From assembly GCF_009914755.1 (NCBI RefSeq), contig NC_060947.1: a DNA stretch of 64,000 nt. One strand, written 5' to 3'. The stretch's first letter is position 1. Every line of letters begins with the position of its first letter. The notes below the pieces were generated by a model that searched no databases, was not told the origin of the DNA, and was given only the letters and a program-made list of their open reading frames with translations. The position numbers and the translations under genes were made by a program. This document shows positions 33,070 to 47,762 of this stretch, piece by piece. This DNA comes from the human T2T-CHM13v2.0 reference genome, Homo sapiens.

Positions 33070-33660
33070 GTTTAAAATAAAACTTTAAAAATCATGAAGT
33101 ATGTGGCACATAATGGTGTATTTCATGTAACTACACAGTTTAAAGAATAACAATGAAATTAAATCTGTGTACCCACCACTCTTCTTAAGAAATACAACAC
33201 CTTCAAAGCTCTCTATGCCCCTCCTGCACTTACCATCCTCAGCTCTCCACCTCCAAGACTAGTCATCCTCCTGAATTTTGTGCTTATTGTTCCTTGCTTA
33301 TCTTTATAGTTTTATCACATGCGTATTTATCTCCAACCAATATGGTATGACTTAATTTTGCCTGGCTTTGAACTCCACATAAATGGAAGTATACTGCATG
33401 TGTTCTCTGACTTACTTTTTTCAGCATTGCTTTTGAGATTTATCCATGGTTTTGTATGTGCCTCTAGATCATCTTTTTTGTTGTTGGTATTCTATTGTAT
33501 AAATATACCATAATGTATTCATCCTTTCTACTATTGATGGGCATTTGGGTTGTGTCCAGTTTGGGACAGTTTGCTACTGTAAATAATCTTTTACATGTCT
33601 TTGGAGAGCATGTACAAGAGTTTCCCTAGGGTATAACAGCCTAAGAGTAGAATTGTCTGG
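33070..33660 (-). mobile_element. L1ME 3' fragment
   Basis: TTGAGATTTATCCATG and GATGGGCATTTGGGTTGTGTCCAG motifs. Confidence 0.65.
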
Positions 33661-34340
33661 TAGCATTAAGATTGCTTTTTTGAAATGTCAGCTGATTAAA
33701 TCAACTCATATTGGAGGCAGGCACTGTCAACTCTACTGTGGCTTAGCCAATTGTGTCAACACACTCAATAATGTTTCTCAGTCAATCTCAGCATTGGAAA
33801 AAAAAAAGGTATTCCAAGAACATAGTTTGGTAATGTGTTTCTTGTTCCATATGGGGGAGAGAAACGTTGAATCTAGGGGATGTAATCCTTTCCTTAGAAA
33901 GGTACCATTTGCTACAGATCAGGGTCCATTCCTGGGGCTTCATCACAGCTGAAATAAAATATCCCTCAAGACCATTTTCCTCCCTATGCTTTAAATCCTC
34001 ACTCACCATGCAGATTTCTGAATTGTATTTCTCAGCAATCTTGATATCAGACAAAGGGAATACTCTGGGTAAAACACCATATGCAAAGATCCAGAGGGCC
34101 CAAACAGCCTATTCACTGGAAACAGATTGCTTCCACTGGAGAACAAGATGCTGAAGTATGAACCTGGTTGATGGCAGTGAGAACGGGGTTGTGGAAATTG
34201 CATGGTAATTCCTTAGAACCCTAAGAGGTTGAGGTTTTTAAGGCCATCATCTGAGAAGATAGTGAAGCCATTAATAGATATAAGACAGTCAAAAGGAATA
34301 GGTTTAGGGTGGAGATGGGGAGCAGAGTTGGAAATGATGA

Positions 34341-34867
34341 TGATGGGGTTCAGGATATGCTACCCCAAAATACAGCACGTTGCTTGGCATTTGAGTAAAC
34401 AACAGAAGCAGGAAGGTCATTCTCACTTTCCCCTTGCCCTTCTCCTCTAAAACAGGTAAAAGGATTTTCTGACACTGCCCTGAAGCAGGTCGTTAGACTC
34501 TCATTTGAGCGGTATCCTCTCTATACCTGGGAGAAAGGAACATCATTTTCTCTGAAGACACAGCGTCACAAAGAAGAATCTGAATAAACAGGCCTTGTTA
34601 AATTCCCCTGCCAGTTGATTACCATTAGATTATACTTTTGTATGTAATCATCCTTCACCACTATCCACTTCTTCATGAAATCTAGCATTAAGAATGCACA
34701 GGTTTACCTGTTTCTCTGAGTCTTCATTTCCTTAGGAAGGCTCCTGTATCATGTAAAACTTCTTAAATAAATGTGTCTGTGTTTCTCTTGTTAATCTGCC
34801 TTTCTTATAGGTGCCTCAGCCATGAACCTAGCCATGGATGAGAAAAACATATTTCTCCTCCCCTACA
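34341..34867 (+). mobile_element. ERV1 solo LTR (MER39/MER34 family)
   Basis: TGATGGGGTTCAGGATATGCTACCCCAAAAT...CCCCTACA; 4-bp TSD ATGA. Confidence 0.85.
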
Positions 34868-35003
34868 ATGACTTTAGCATATACTAGGTGTGCAGGGCCC
34901 TCAAGACATCCAGGTGACAATGGCAAATCAGGAGTCTGGAAACCAGGTCTGGAGCTCAAGTGAAAAGCTGGGACCAGAGATACACATTTAGAAGTTATTC
35001 ATA

Positions 35004-35296
35004 GGCTGGACATGGTGGCTCACGCCTGTAATCCCAGCACTTTGGGAGGCAGAGCCAGGCAGATCGCTTGAGCCCGGGAGTTCAAGACTAGCATGGGCAA
35101 CATGGCAAAAACCCCACCTTGACAAAAAATACAAAAAATTAGCCAGGTGAGGTGGTGCATGCCTATAGCCCCAGTTACTTGGGAGGCTGAGGTGGAAGGA
35201 TCACTTGAGCCCAGAGGGTTGAGGCTACAGTGAGCCAAGGTCATACCACTGCACTCCAGCCTGGGCTACAGAGCAAGATACAGTCTCAAAAGAAAA
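35004..35296 (+). mobile_element. AluJ/S
   Basis: Alu dimer; TSD AGAAGTTATTCA. Confidence 0.93.
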
Positions 35297-35370
35297 AGAA
35301 GTTATTCACATATGCCTGAAATGAAATTGCCGAGAGAATGCAAGAAAAAAAGTTTTGAGCACAGGATCTT

Positions 35371-35485
35371 TTTTTTTCCTAGTCCAGTGCAGTAGTGAGA
35401 AGGGTGGAAAGAGTAGAACAAGGAGTTTGACCTGTAACTGATGGTGAACAAGCAATTGAGGTAACTCACTACCTTAGGGCCAGCA
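35371..35485 (-). pseudogene. Y1 RNA (RNY1) retropseudogene
   Basis: Minus strand GCTGGCCCTAAGGTAGTGAGTTACCTCAATTG...CTCACTACTGCACTGGACTAG plus A-tail resembles hY1; TSD GAGCACAGGATCTT at 35357-35370 and 35486-35499. Confidence 0.93.
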
Positions 35486-36723
35486 GAGCACAGGATCTTG
35501 AAGGAATACTTTCACTTAGGAAATAGAAAAAGGAGCCAGTAAAACCCATGCAAGAACATAGAAGGCAAGGAAGGAAAGTGAGAACTGAAGGCTGAGGAAA
35601 GTGAAAAGGTTTGGAGTGGATCCTGTAGACAAAACCCTGGGGATTCATTCGCCTTGCGATAAATGAAAAGGTGTTTGATAATAAAGCCCAATTATTGAGC
35701 ACCTATTAGGTGTCAGGCACTATGCCGAGAACTTTGCCTATATTGTTTTTCATCTTCACAACAATTTTGGGGGCAGGTAATATTATTACTTCTATTTTAC
35801 AGAAGAAGGAAAAGATTTATGATGTTGAGTATCTTGTCCAAGGTCACAGAGATGGTAAATGGGGGAGTCAGAACTTGAATCCATGTCTGCCTGACTCCAA
35901 AACTCAGGCCCTTGCCGTATGTCATGTAGTGGAGGCTTGGCCAAGATTAGCAGGAAATTATAGCAAAATTAACCAGTGTTTGACTTTTACCTGTGAATAA
36001 GAGGAGTGTGAGTTTTCCCAGGGATCAGCTAGGTATTAGGAGGCCCCACCTCCTAATACCATCACCTTGGGGGTTGGGATTTTAACACATGAATTTGGGG
36101 GAGACATAAAGCTTCAGATCATAGCAAGCCCTAAAGAGCAGTTTGACTGCTGCCTGCTTTAGAAGTGGAATTACTGCACATACCTGGCCAAACTCCAACT
36201 TAACTTAGAATCATGGAACTCTTTCTAGATCTGTAAAGGACATTAGAGGTCATTGAATCAGACCTCCTTTTTATATATGTTAGGCAAACAAAAGCAAAGA
36301 AAAATTCAGTGACTTTCCTAAGGTCTGGAACTAAAATCCCTCATTTTAAAAATTGTACACATTTTGAGTGCACATTATGTGCCAGGCACCATGTTCAGCA
36401 ATGGAGAAACAGAGATGAAGAAGACTCAAATCTCTGACCTCTAGTTTTGTTGGATGAGACAGAAATGTAAACGAAAGTGTGGTGTTACTGGAGATGTGGA
36501 TACAAAGTATCACAGTGACAGTTCACTCTGAAATCAGAAGAGATTTCCCATAGGAGGAGACACTTGAAATGCGTGCTGCAGGCTGAAAGAATGGAATGTG
36601 CAAAGGTGGAGTACAGGTGCTAAGAGGGAGCACTGAAGATGAGGCTGCTGGGGGGTCTTCCTTCATTACACATGCTGGGCCGGTTGCCCCAGCTGCCCCG
36701 CATCTCTGTCCCTATGGCTGTAG

Positions 36724-37075
<352 letters not shown>

Positions 37076-37129
37076 TGAGAGCTCTGTGATCGGCCCCAGC
37101 CCACCAGTTTCCAGCACCACTCTTGGCCC

Positions 37130-37321
37130 AGGGTTCAAGTAGCCAGATTTAGCAAATAAAAATACAGGCCATCCAATTAAATTTGAATTCCAGATAAACT
37201 ATAAATATTTTAAATTTAAGTATGCCCCAAGCATATGCATGGGACATACTTATACAAAAAAAAATTGTTTATCTAAAGTTCAAGTTTAACTCAGCTTTTT
37301 GTATTTTATCTGGCAACTCTA
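37130..37321. mobile_element. MER53 palindromic MITE
   Basis: GCCAGATTTAGCAAATAAAAATACAG ... TGTATTTTATCTGGCAAC; internal inverted symmetry around GGGACATACTTA. Confidence 0.85.
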
Positions 37322-38510
37322 CTTAGAGTAAATGCTCAATAAACAGTTATGGGAGTCAGGGAATTACAGAGGAAGGGAGAAAATAAAAAAGGAGGGGAAA
37401 GAGTAAGCCAGTGTATCCACCAGTAGACAATGAATTGGAAAAGTTGCAGGCTTAAAGAGAGTGGTAGATTTGTCAAGACCTTGAAACCGTACAAAATCTG
37501 GCCTTAACATTACTTCTCACTATTTTCAGTTCTATACAGTACAATGTAAACAGTTGTTTCCCCTTTTTTTGTTAAGAAGTCTGCCCTCATGTGGCAGGAA
37601 AAAAGTATTAGGCCTGAGGCCTTAATTTTGGTCTTTCAGCTCACTGGGGCAAAAGACTCCACAGAGTTCAGAGATCTGGAAAGGAGGGATGCTAGGAGTT
37701 TCTTTGTTTGTTTGGGTGGGTGGAGGACAGGGGAGGAAAAGAAAAATGAGCTCTATGTGTCAGATGCCAAGAGAGTATTGTTAAAATAGGTTTTAAAAAA
37801 TGGTTCAAAACAGATTTGTAACTTTGTGCAGGCCAGCATCATCTCAATTTCCAAGCTGTCGTGGTCAGAAAAGGCGTTAAGATACTGTGCCTAAAATTCA
37901 TGCAGTGGAACATTTCAGTGGAGACATACTTTATAAACTGTAAAGTACATTTAAATGTTATTAGCTAAAAAGCCACCATGGTGACATTGGATGTGGAGAA
38001 AGCCTGGTTTGGATGCCTCTCCTAGTCATCAACCTTAGCAGGTACCCTAATTCTCATGCTGAATCCACCATTTCTCAAGTAGTGTCCACCTCCACAAACA
38101 GAGCTGTTCATTCTCCCAAACCATGAGAAGAGATGAGGTTGCCATCTGCCTCTGCTCTAGACCTCACACGCTGCCATCACCCTGAGTGACTTCAGAGCCT
38201 ATGTGGACACCCCTCCAAAACCAGGCCTCATAATTCCTTTATGTCCTCACTTCCAGGGCCTCACTCTCAACCTCACACCACATGTCCAGGGACGTCACTT
38301 TGGCTTTGCCATCTCTGGGTTCACCTCCTCCAAAATCTCAATCTCTGACCTGACTACAACTTTCCATTCTTCCTACTTTCTCACTCTCCCACCGAGTCTA
38401 TTCCTTAAACCTCCAGCAGACTTCCAGAACTGTGAGCAGTCTGTGTTTGCCCACCTTCTCCATTCACATCTGAGTTCACATCCTTCAGCCTGGACTCCAA
38501 GTATGATCAC

Positions 38511-38853
38511 TTTTTTTTCACGATTTTAATTCTAATTTTTAAGTTCTGGGGTACATGTGCAGGATGTGGAGGTTTGTTACATTGGTAAACGTGTGCCATG
38601 GTGGTTTGCTGCACAGATCATCCCATCACCCAAGTATTTAGCCCAGCATGAATTAGCTATTTTTCCTAATGCTCTCCCTGCCTCCACCCCAACTCACCCC
38701 CTTTTTTTTAGAGACAGAGTCTCACTCTGGTTGCCGAGGCTGGAGTACAGTGGCGTGATCATGACACACTGCAGCCTTGACCTCCTGGGCTCAATCGATC
38801 CTCCCACCTTGGCTTCCCAGGTAGCTGAGACTATAGGCACACACCACCAGGCA
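38511..38853 (-). mobile_element. L1P 3' end abutting an AluJ right arm
   Basis: TTAAGTTCTGGGGTACATGTGCAGG (L1) to ~38700, then Alu AGAGACAGAGTCTCACTCTG. Confidence 0.8.
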
Positions 38854-41029
38854 AACGTGTTCACTTAAATTACTTTGGCTCTAGCACCCAAACTCCTCAC
38901 CCTCTCTATCCATCAGCAAGGCCTGGCCCTCAACTCTGCTTCAATCTGACCACCTGTCCACTCTTTCTCCAGTAGGGTGACCACAGCTGCAAGCTGCTGG
39001 GCGACTAGAGCCAGTCCGTAGTTAAGAGAGCCCACTTCGGCTTACTGGGAGAGCTTCCCTTCAGTTCTTTCACCTGAATCAGCTTAACAAGCTACCTCTC
39101 TTTCCATTCCTCAGGTATTCCAAACTTTGTATGCCTCTGAGTACCTCAGCTTCATCATCTATAAATGGGGTGATCATACCTAATCTGAGGGTTGTTGTGA
39201 GGAATAACTGAGGCATGTGTGTAAGTGGCCCAGCATGCTGCAGACCATTGGTACATGCCTCAATACATGCCCCATTTATTGCTAATCTTCTCTAGCATCT
39301 AGCATCTAACACAACACTCATTCCCCCTTACTTTAAACAAATGACCTTACCTCACAGAGAAGGCATCAGGTGTAAGGGAAGTGGTAGCCCTGCCTTCCTC
39401 TACCTACAAACTGGACTGCTCCACACCCAGTTGTGCTAACTTGCCTCTGGTCTCAGAGAATGAGAGGCTGCTCTTCTTTTCCCGGGCTACGCCCTCCTCC
39501 AGTGTTTTTCGCAGAGACCCTGCTCAATTCATCCCTTCTCTCACCTATATCTTATGTTTCCCCTTCCCCAGCTCCTCAGCTTCTACACATGGTCAGATCT
39601 ATCCCATTTAAAAAAATTCTCTTGACACTAAGTCATATCTCTCATTCCTTTCACAGTCAACTTCTTCAAAGAGTTGTCCGCATTCGCTGTCTCCACTTCT
39701 TCACCTCCCAGGGACATCTCCCCACAGTGCAATCTGCCCTCTGCCCTCAGAGCTCCACCAAAACAGCTCTCCGTGACCTCACCATGACCTCTGTGTTGCT
39801 AGAGCCATCAAATACTTCTCAGTGCTCATCGTACTTGACATTGTTTGACACTGGTGACCACTCCCTCCTTGTTGACACTCTGTCATCTCCTGGCTTCACA
39901 GCACAAGTCTCAGGCAAGAGGAAAACAGACCTCATCGCAGCCTCCTTTGCTGCGGCACACCCCTTCTATGTTGAAGTCTCTGAAAGATTAGCCCTGGGCT
40001 CTCTAAGTTCCTCTATCTACACTCCTTCCTGGTGAGATCTCATTCTATCCCAGCTATGTGCTGTGATCCCCAAATATCTATCTCCAGCCTAGACCTCTGG
40101 AATCATGCAGCCCTTATCCTTATCACAGCTCAGGTGAAGGGCCCTTTAGGACCTGTTAAGAGAAAACCCACAAGAAGCATGCATTTATTTTCACGTTCCT
40201 CTCACAGGGCAAGGAATATATCAAGCAGTCTGGGACTAGCTCTCCTGCTCCTGCCCCCTCTGCTGAGTTCCAAAATGGCCTCCGCCACTTCTTAGCTATG
40301 TGGTCTGGGTTAAATTAACCTCATTAGTAAAATGGGATTAGTAATGGTGTCAACCTTAATGGGTTGTAGTGAGGATGAAATGAGATAATCCATGTAAAGT
40401 GCTTAGTGCATTGCCTGGCACATACATGGTGAACATTTGCTATGTTTTATACCCTGCTGGTCAGTCTGCCTGGGTCTGAATTCTGGCTCCACCACTTCCT
40501 ACTGGTATGCTCAGAGCATGTTATTTAACCTCTCTGAGCCTCAATAAAAATAGTGTCTACCACATAGAGCTGTGCTAGACATTCAGTAAGTGGACATGTA
40601 TAGCACTTAGAGCAGGACTCATAAAGTATTAAATGTTATTGTCGCTATTATCCTCAAAAAGGCAAGGAATGCATTAGTGAGCCCATCAGAACACAGCCAT
40701 CTGGGTCTCATTCCAGATCCCCCTTGCAATATGCAAGACATATGTATACATGCTCCTTGAGGTCAGCCAGGAAATGGAAAGCAACATCAGGACAACAAAT
40801 GTCACCTGGTGCAGCCCAGTGTCAAACTGCTTCAGGGGCAGCTCTTTGTGTGGGGATAAAAGCTTGTTCAGCAATCTCTGGCTATGTGATTTCTTACAGC
40901 TGGACATTGCTACATGACACTCCCCTGAGGTCCAAGTGCCTCTCCTGGACTGTCAGCATCCTGTTTTTTCTTATCTTGAAACTGTCTTTGAGGCCCTAAA
41001 CAAGGATCTGCTGTTCTTATTTTTAAATT

Positions 41030-41032
<3 letters not shown>

Positions 41033-41080
<48 letters not shown>
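41033..41080. repeat. (CA)n microsatellite
   Basis: About 24 uninterrupted units. Confidence 0.98.
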
Positions 41081-41082
<2 letters not shown>

Positions 41083-41550
41083 TATTAACTCTTAACAGTC
41101 CTCTCGGCTGCAGCTGTGAATACAACTGCCTTTTCTACATGGCAAATAGGCTTTCCATACTGCCCAGCAATCCTGATTCTTTTCTCTGATCAACTTGCAC
41201 TTTCACTTTCCCCAACGATGTTTTCAAACCTTCTTCATTCTCCCTAAATCTCCCACCCTGCCAACTCCCCAACTGTCTCTACCCCACCCCATACCTCAGC
41301 AGATGACCATGCCTCCTACTTTACAGAGAAAACTGAAGCCGTCAGATGCAAAACAGTCATTTAATGTTGCAAAACCTAATAGGCAGTATGTTCTGTCCTC
41401 ATCTTTCTGGACCTATCAGCAGCATTTGACACAGTCACTCCCTTCTCCTTGTTGTCCTTTCTTCCCGTGGTTTCTAGGATGCCATGCCATAGTCTCTTGG
41501 TTTCCCTCTTCCGTTAGTGGCTGCTGCTCTCCACTCTCCATTGCTGGTTC

Positions 41551-42031
41551 TGAAGTAGGAGACAGGACTCTACTCCAGAGGCGGGGCTTGGACACCGGAC
41601 CAGATTGAGGACTAGCTAAAACAGGGCCGAGTGGAAAGCAGCTTTCAATCAGACACGCCTACCACTGTGTGATGTCAATTTACCATTGCCATGGCAACAC
41701 CCAGGAGTTACCGCCCCTTTCCATGGCAATGACCCCAAAGTTACTACCCCTTCCCTAGAAATTTCTGCATAAACCGCCCATTAATCTGCATGCAATTAAA
41801 AGTGGGTATAAATATGACTGCAAAACTGCCCTGAGCTGCTATTCTCTGCCTACAGAGTAGTCCTGCTCTGCAGGAGCAGTCACGGAGCTGTAATACCTCT
41901 GGAGCTGTAACACCGTGTCTTCAATAAAGCTGTTTTCTTCTATCTCCTGCTTGCCCTTGAATTCTTTACTGGGAAAAGCCAAGAATCTTCACTGGCTAAG
42001 CTCTGCATTGGAGCTCACCTGCCCTGCATCA
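41551..42031 (+). mobile_element. MER41 (C-like) ERV1 solo LTR
   Basis: TGAAGTAGGAG...GGACCAGATTGAGGACTAGCTAAAACAGGG; TATAAA and AATAAA present; ends CCCTGCATCA; TSD GTTC. Confidence 0.88.
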
Positions 42032-42234
42032 GTTCCTCATCATCAATCCTACTTTTAATATTGGCGTGCCCCATGGCTCTGTCCTTGGACCTCTTCTCAT
42101 CTCTACCCTCACTCCCTTGATTATTGCATTCAGTTTCATGGCTTTAACTACTGTTTATATACTAACAACTCCCAAATTTATATCTTCAGCCCAGACCTCT
42201 CTCCTGAGCTTCAGGCTCATATTTTTCTGCCCAC

Positions 42235-42872
<638 letters not shown>

Positions 42873-43875
42873 AATGATCAATAGACATGTCAAACTTAAC
42901 ATGTCCAAAATGGAACTTCTAATCAGGGGCAAATCCAAATGTTTGGGTCCTGAAACTTATACAATTTGGGGATCACTCTTTAGGAAAAAAAGAAACTCAA
43001 AAATAATTCATTAACATATTGTTAGATCCTAAGCAAATGAGAAGCCCCGAAACCTAAGCTTCGTTAGCTTTAACCTAAATCTACTTCTGCTCCTGATCCT
43101 CACTCCCTCCCCATACAATACACACTCCTGTCTTGCCCATAGTCCTTCCTCTCCCAGTCAATGGCAACTCCAGCCTTCCAGATACTCAGGCCTAAACCCT
43201 TAGATCATCCTTGACTCTGCTCTTTCTCTCCTACCCTAAATCTAGTATGTCAGCAAATCCTGTTGGTTCTACTTTTAAAATACTCTGAATGTGACCACTT
43301 CTCACCATCTCAACCACTACAACCCTGTAGCAAACCATGATCAACTCTAGCTTGGAATTTTAGAGTAGTCTCTGTAACTGGTGTCATGCTTCCACTGTTG
43401 ACCCCCAATGTCTATTCTCAACATAGTGATCCTTTTTAAAATATAAATCAAGTCAGCTAAACAAAATCCTCAATTTTTTTTCATTTGATAAACATAATCG
43501 AGGCACTATACTAGGCTCTGGAGACACAGCAGTGAACAAAACAGATAAAAATTCCTGCTTTCATGGCACTTACATTCTCATAGTGACTTCCCTGCTCACT
43601 CAGGATAAAACCCAACGTCCTTATAATAGATTTTTAAAAATCTGTTGGTTTATTGTATCTCCTCCCACTAAAATGTAAATTCCATAAGGTTAGGAATTTA
43701 TTGGTCTGTATCCTTAATGCCTGGTGCATATTAGGTAATTAATAAATATTTGTAGAATGAATGAATGGATGGATGGATGGATGAATTTCCCCATACCAAA
43801 TGAATACATCTCTCCATATCTATACTCTTTCTCTCCTGTTACAGTAAGGAGATATCCTTCTTTTTGTCCATGGCA

Positions 43876-44063
43876 CAGTGGCTCTTGAACTTGAGTGTAC
43901 ATCTGAATCCCCTGGAAGTCTTGTTAAAACACAATACTCTAGGCCACACTGCCAGAGTTTTTGATTCAGTCAGTCTGAAGTGATGCCCAAGAATTTATAT
44001 TTCTAACTCAATTCCAGGTGATGGTGATGCTACCAGTCCAAGGGCCATGCTTGAGAACCACTG
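43876..44063. mobile_element. MER5A MITE
   Basis: CAGTGGCTCTTGAAC ... TTGAGAACCACTG termini. Confidence 0.85.
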
Positions 44064-44160
44064 ATCTCACCCCTCCCTCCTGCTTTCTCAGGAAGCTTAC
44101 ACCATCAGCTACCATTTCTTTCTAAATATATTCAGTAGCTATCTTTCAGCTGAATCCTTC

Positions 44161-44596
44161 TGTCTTAGTTTAGTGTTGCTGTAATGGAATACCTAAGGCT
44201 GGATAATTTATTTTTTAAAAGAGGTTTATTTAGCTCATTGTTCTGTAGGCTGTAGAAGAAGCACGGTGCTGCTTGGCTTCTGGTGAGGGTTTTTGTACTG
44301 TGTCAAAACATGTGGAGAAGATCAAAGGGGAAGCAGGCACATGGGAAGAGGGGGCTAAACAGGAGAAGGAATCTTGCTTTCTCACAACTTTCTCTCTCGA
44401 TGGAACTAATTAATCCATTCCCTCCAGAACTAATCCCATCTAGCCACAGTGAGAGCTCACTCACTACCTCGAGAAGGGCATCAAGCAATTCATGAGGGAT
44501 TTGCCCCATGACCCAGACACCTCCCACTAGCCCCTACCTCCCAACACAGTGATACCAGGGATCAAATTTCAACATAAGATTTGGTGGGGACAAACA
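44161..44596 (-). mobile_element. MSTB-like MaLR LTR
   Basis: TGTCTTAGTTT...TTTGGTGGGGACAAACAAACCATATC. Confidence 0.85.
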
Positions 44597-44771
44597 AACC
44601 ATATCCTAACCATAGTGCCTTCCATTCCCTTCCTACTGCTACTCTAGCTCTATCCTTTTGATTGTAAGCCAAATTTCTAAAAAGTTTTATCTATGCTGAA
44701 AGTCTTTATTTTTCACCTTCCACTCACTCTAATAGAGCTTTTGTTTCCATAACTCCACCAAAACATCTCTC

Positions 44772-45146
<375 letters not shown>

Positions 45147-46055
45147 TCATCGTCTTATACACACTCAAGACAGAAAACCATTTTCTCCTTCTTGAAATGT
45201 CACTTTCCTTGGCCTCTTCCCCTTGGCCTCCATGAAACTACAGTTTCCTTGTTTTCTCCCACTTCTCTGGCTGCTCCTCCTCAGCCTCATCTTCTATCAA
45301 ACCATTAGATGTTGGAGACCCTGAAGACTTGATCATAGGTCCTCTTCTATTGTTAGTCTGTATTCTTTTAAAGGAGGTCTCGTGAATGACCAAGGCTCAA
45401 TTTCTAGATGTTAGTGATGCCCAAATTTATATCTATAAACGATATATTTATATATTGCTAGCCCTAGACTTCTATAAGTGACTACCTACTTGAGTCATCT
45501 GCTTATTTGTCTAACAGGGATCTCAAACTTAACATAACCAAAGTAGAATTCTTAATTGTTTCACCATACCAACTGCTCCTCTTACAGTGTTCCACCACTC
45601 AGGGTTGGCACCAGCGTGAACCCACTTGCCCAAGCAAAAAATCATTCTTGACCCCTCCTTTACTTGCACAGGAAACCAGGTGCTACCCTTATCACCCCTA
45701 AATGTCTTTCAAACTCATCAAATTCTCTCCATCTTAGTCCGGGCCACGATCATCTCTCACTTGGACTATAGCTGTACAGTCTTAACTGATCTCTGTGCTT
45801 CCCCTTCTGCCTCACTCTCCATCCTCTACCCAGCAGTGAAAGCAACCTATCCAAACACAAATCTGACCATGTCCTTCTCTTGTTTACACACTTTCCATGT
45901 TGCTCCTTATACATCCGATAAAGTTAAAACTCCATGGACAGGTGCACAAAGCCCGCTGAGCTTGCAGGCATTACATATATGTCAAGGCCTTTAAAATCTC
46001 TCCCTTGCCTAACTCTTCTTCACCCTGACTCCTACAAAAATCCTCACTCTAGTTA

Positions 46056-46134
46056 TTAGGTTGGTGCAAAAGTAATTGTGGTTTGGCCATTAAAGGCAAT
46101 GGCAAAAACTACGATTACTATTGCACTAACCTAA
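46056..46134. mobile_element. MADE1 (Hsmar1 MITE)
   Basis: TTAGGTTGGTGCAAAAGTAATTG ... TTACTATTGCACTAACCTAA, ~80-bp palindrome. Confidence 0.95.
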
Positions 46135-46579
<445 letters not shown>

Positions 46580-47020
46580 TTCAAGCATAATTTTCTAAAA
46601 TTTTCTTCAATTCCACATTACTACCTACTCCTGTGCTTTCAGATGCTCTCATGCCTTCCCTGTCATGTCACTTACTACTCTGTATTTTAAACATTCATTT
46701 TATTTTCTGTTTCCCTCAAAAAATCATGAGCTTCTGTAGGGCAAGAACAACTGCAATTTATTTATCTCTACATCATCAATATTTATAGCAGTGCCTGATG
46801 CATACTATGCATTCAATAAACGTCTATTGAGTGAGCTATTAATTAATTAACTTATAAACAAATGGTGACCTTGAGAAAGCAAGTTTAGGAGAAAGCCTGG
46901 TTTCCAATGGGACAAAAAATACACAAAAGGGGAGGAAATGAAGAAGATGAGTGTAGACTACACTTTTGAGAAGTTTGGCTATGAAGGAAATGAAAGAAAA
47001 GGGAGAAGAGTTAAGGGAAA

Positions 47021-47325
47021 GGCCGTGAATGGTGGCTCATGCCCATAATCCCAGCATTTTTGGGAGACCAAGGAGGAAGGACTGCTTGAGGCCAGGAGTT
47101 TGAGACCAGCCTGGGCAACATAGTGAGACCCCATCTCTACAAAACATTTTTTAAAATGTTAGCCAGGCATGGTGATGCACACCTATGGTCCCAGCTGCTC
47201 TGGAAAGCTAAGGTGGGAGGATTGCTTGAGCCCAGGAGGTCAAGGCTGCAGTGAGCTGTGATCATACCACTGCACTCTGTCCGGGTAACAGAGTGAAACC
47301 CCTTCTCAAAAAAAAAAAAAAAAAA
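47021..47325 (+). mobile_element. AluJ
   Basis: Alu dimer; TSD GTTAAGGGAA. Confidence 0.92.
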
Positions 47326-47339
47326 GGTTAAGGGAAGGC

Positions 47340-47762
47340 ATAACAGAAATTTCTAGTTGCCTAACCCAATATTCATTCTCTCCTTTGTAGAAGACTGATT
47401 TTTTTTTAAGCTGACTTATGATCATCTGGGTTAGAATGGACTGCATTTCCTCTCTTTTGCAGCTCTGTGTGGCCAGTGGGGTATAAGCAAAAATGTTGTG
47501 TCATAGCATTTTGCTGCGTGAAAAATGGATACAAAGGTTTGCACTTCATCTTGGAGCCTGGTTGCGGGGGGGCACACTCTGGAGATAGCAGAGCAAAAAG
47601 CTGGAAGAAGCCTGAGTCCCTGATAACTGTACAACTGCCGCGTAAGCCTGGGATTGCCCACTTCAGGACTTCTGCATGAGAAATACACTTCTATTTTGTT
47701 TAAGACATGGTTAAATCAGGTTTTTCTGTTACTCATAGCAGAACCCAGTTCTAAGAAATGCA
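47340..47762 (+). mobile_element. Old MLT1 LTR
   Basis: 3' motif TTCTATTTTGTTTAAG...TCTGTTACTCATAGCAGAACCCAG. Confidence 0.55.

Noticed and set aside
38500-38870. Alu-L1 template-switch chimera
   Set aside because: Equally explained by an L1 inserting into the A-tail of an older AluJ; TSD too degraded to decide
39433-40035. 200-aa ORF, the longest in the ORF track
   Set aside because: Lies in decayed L2 sequence, has a non-ATG start and no recognisable domain
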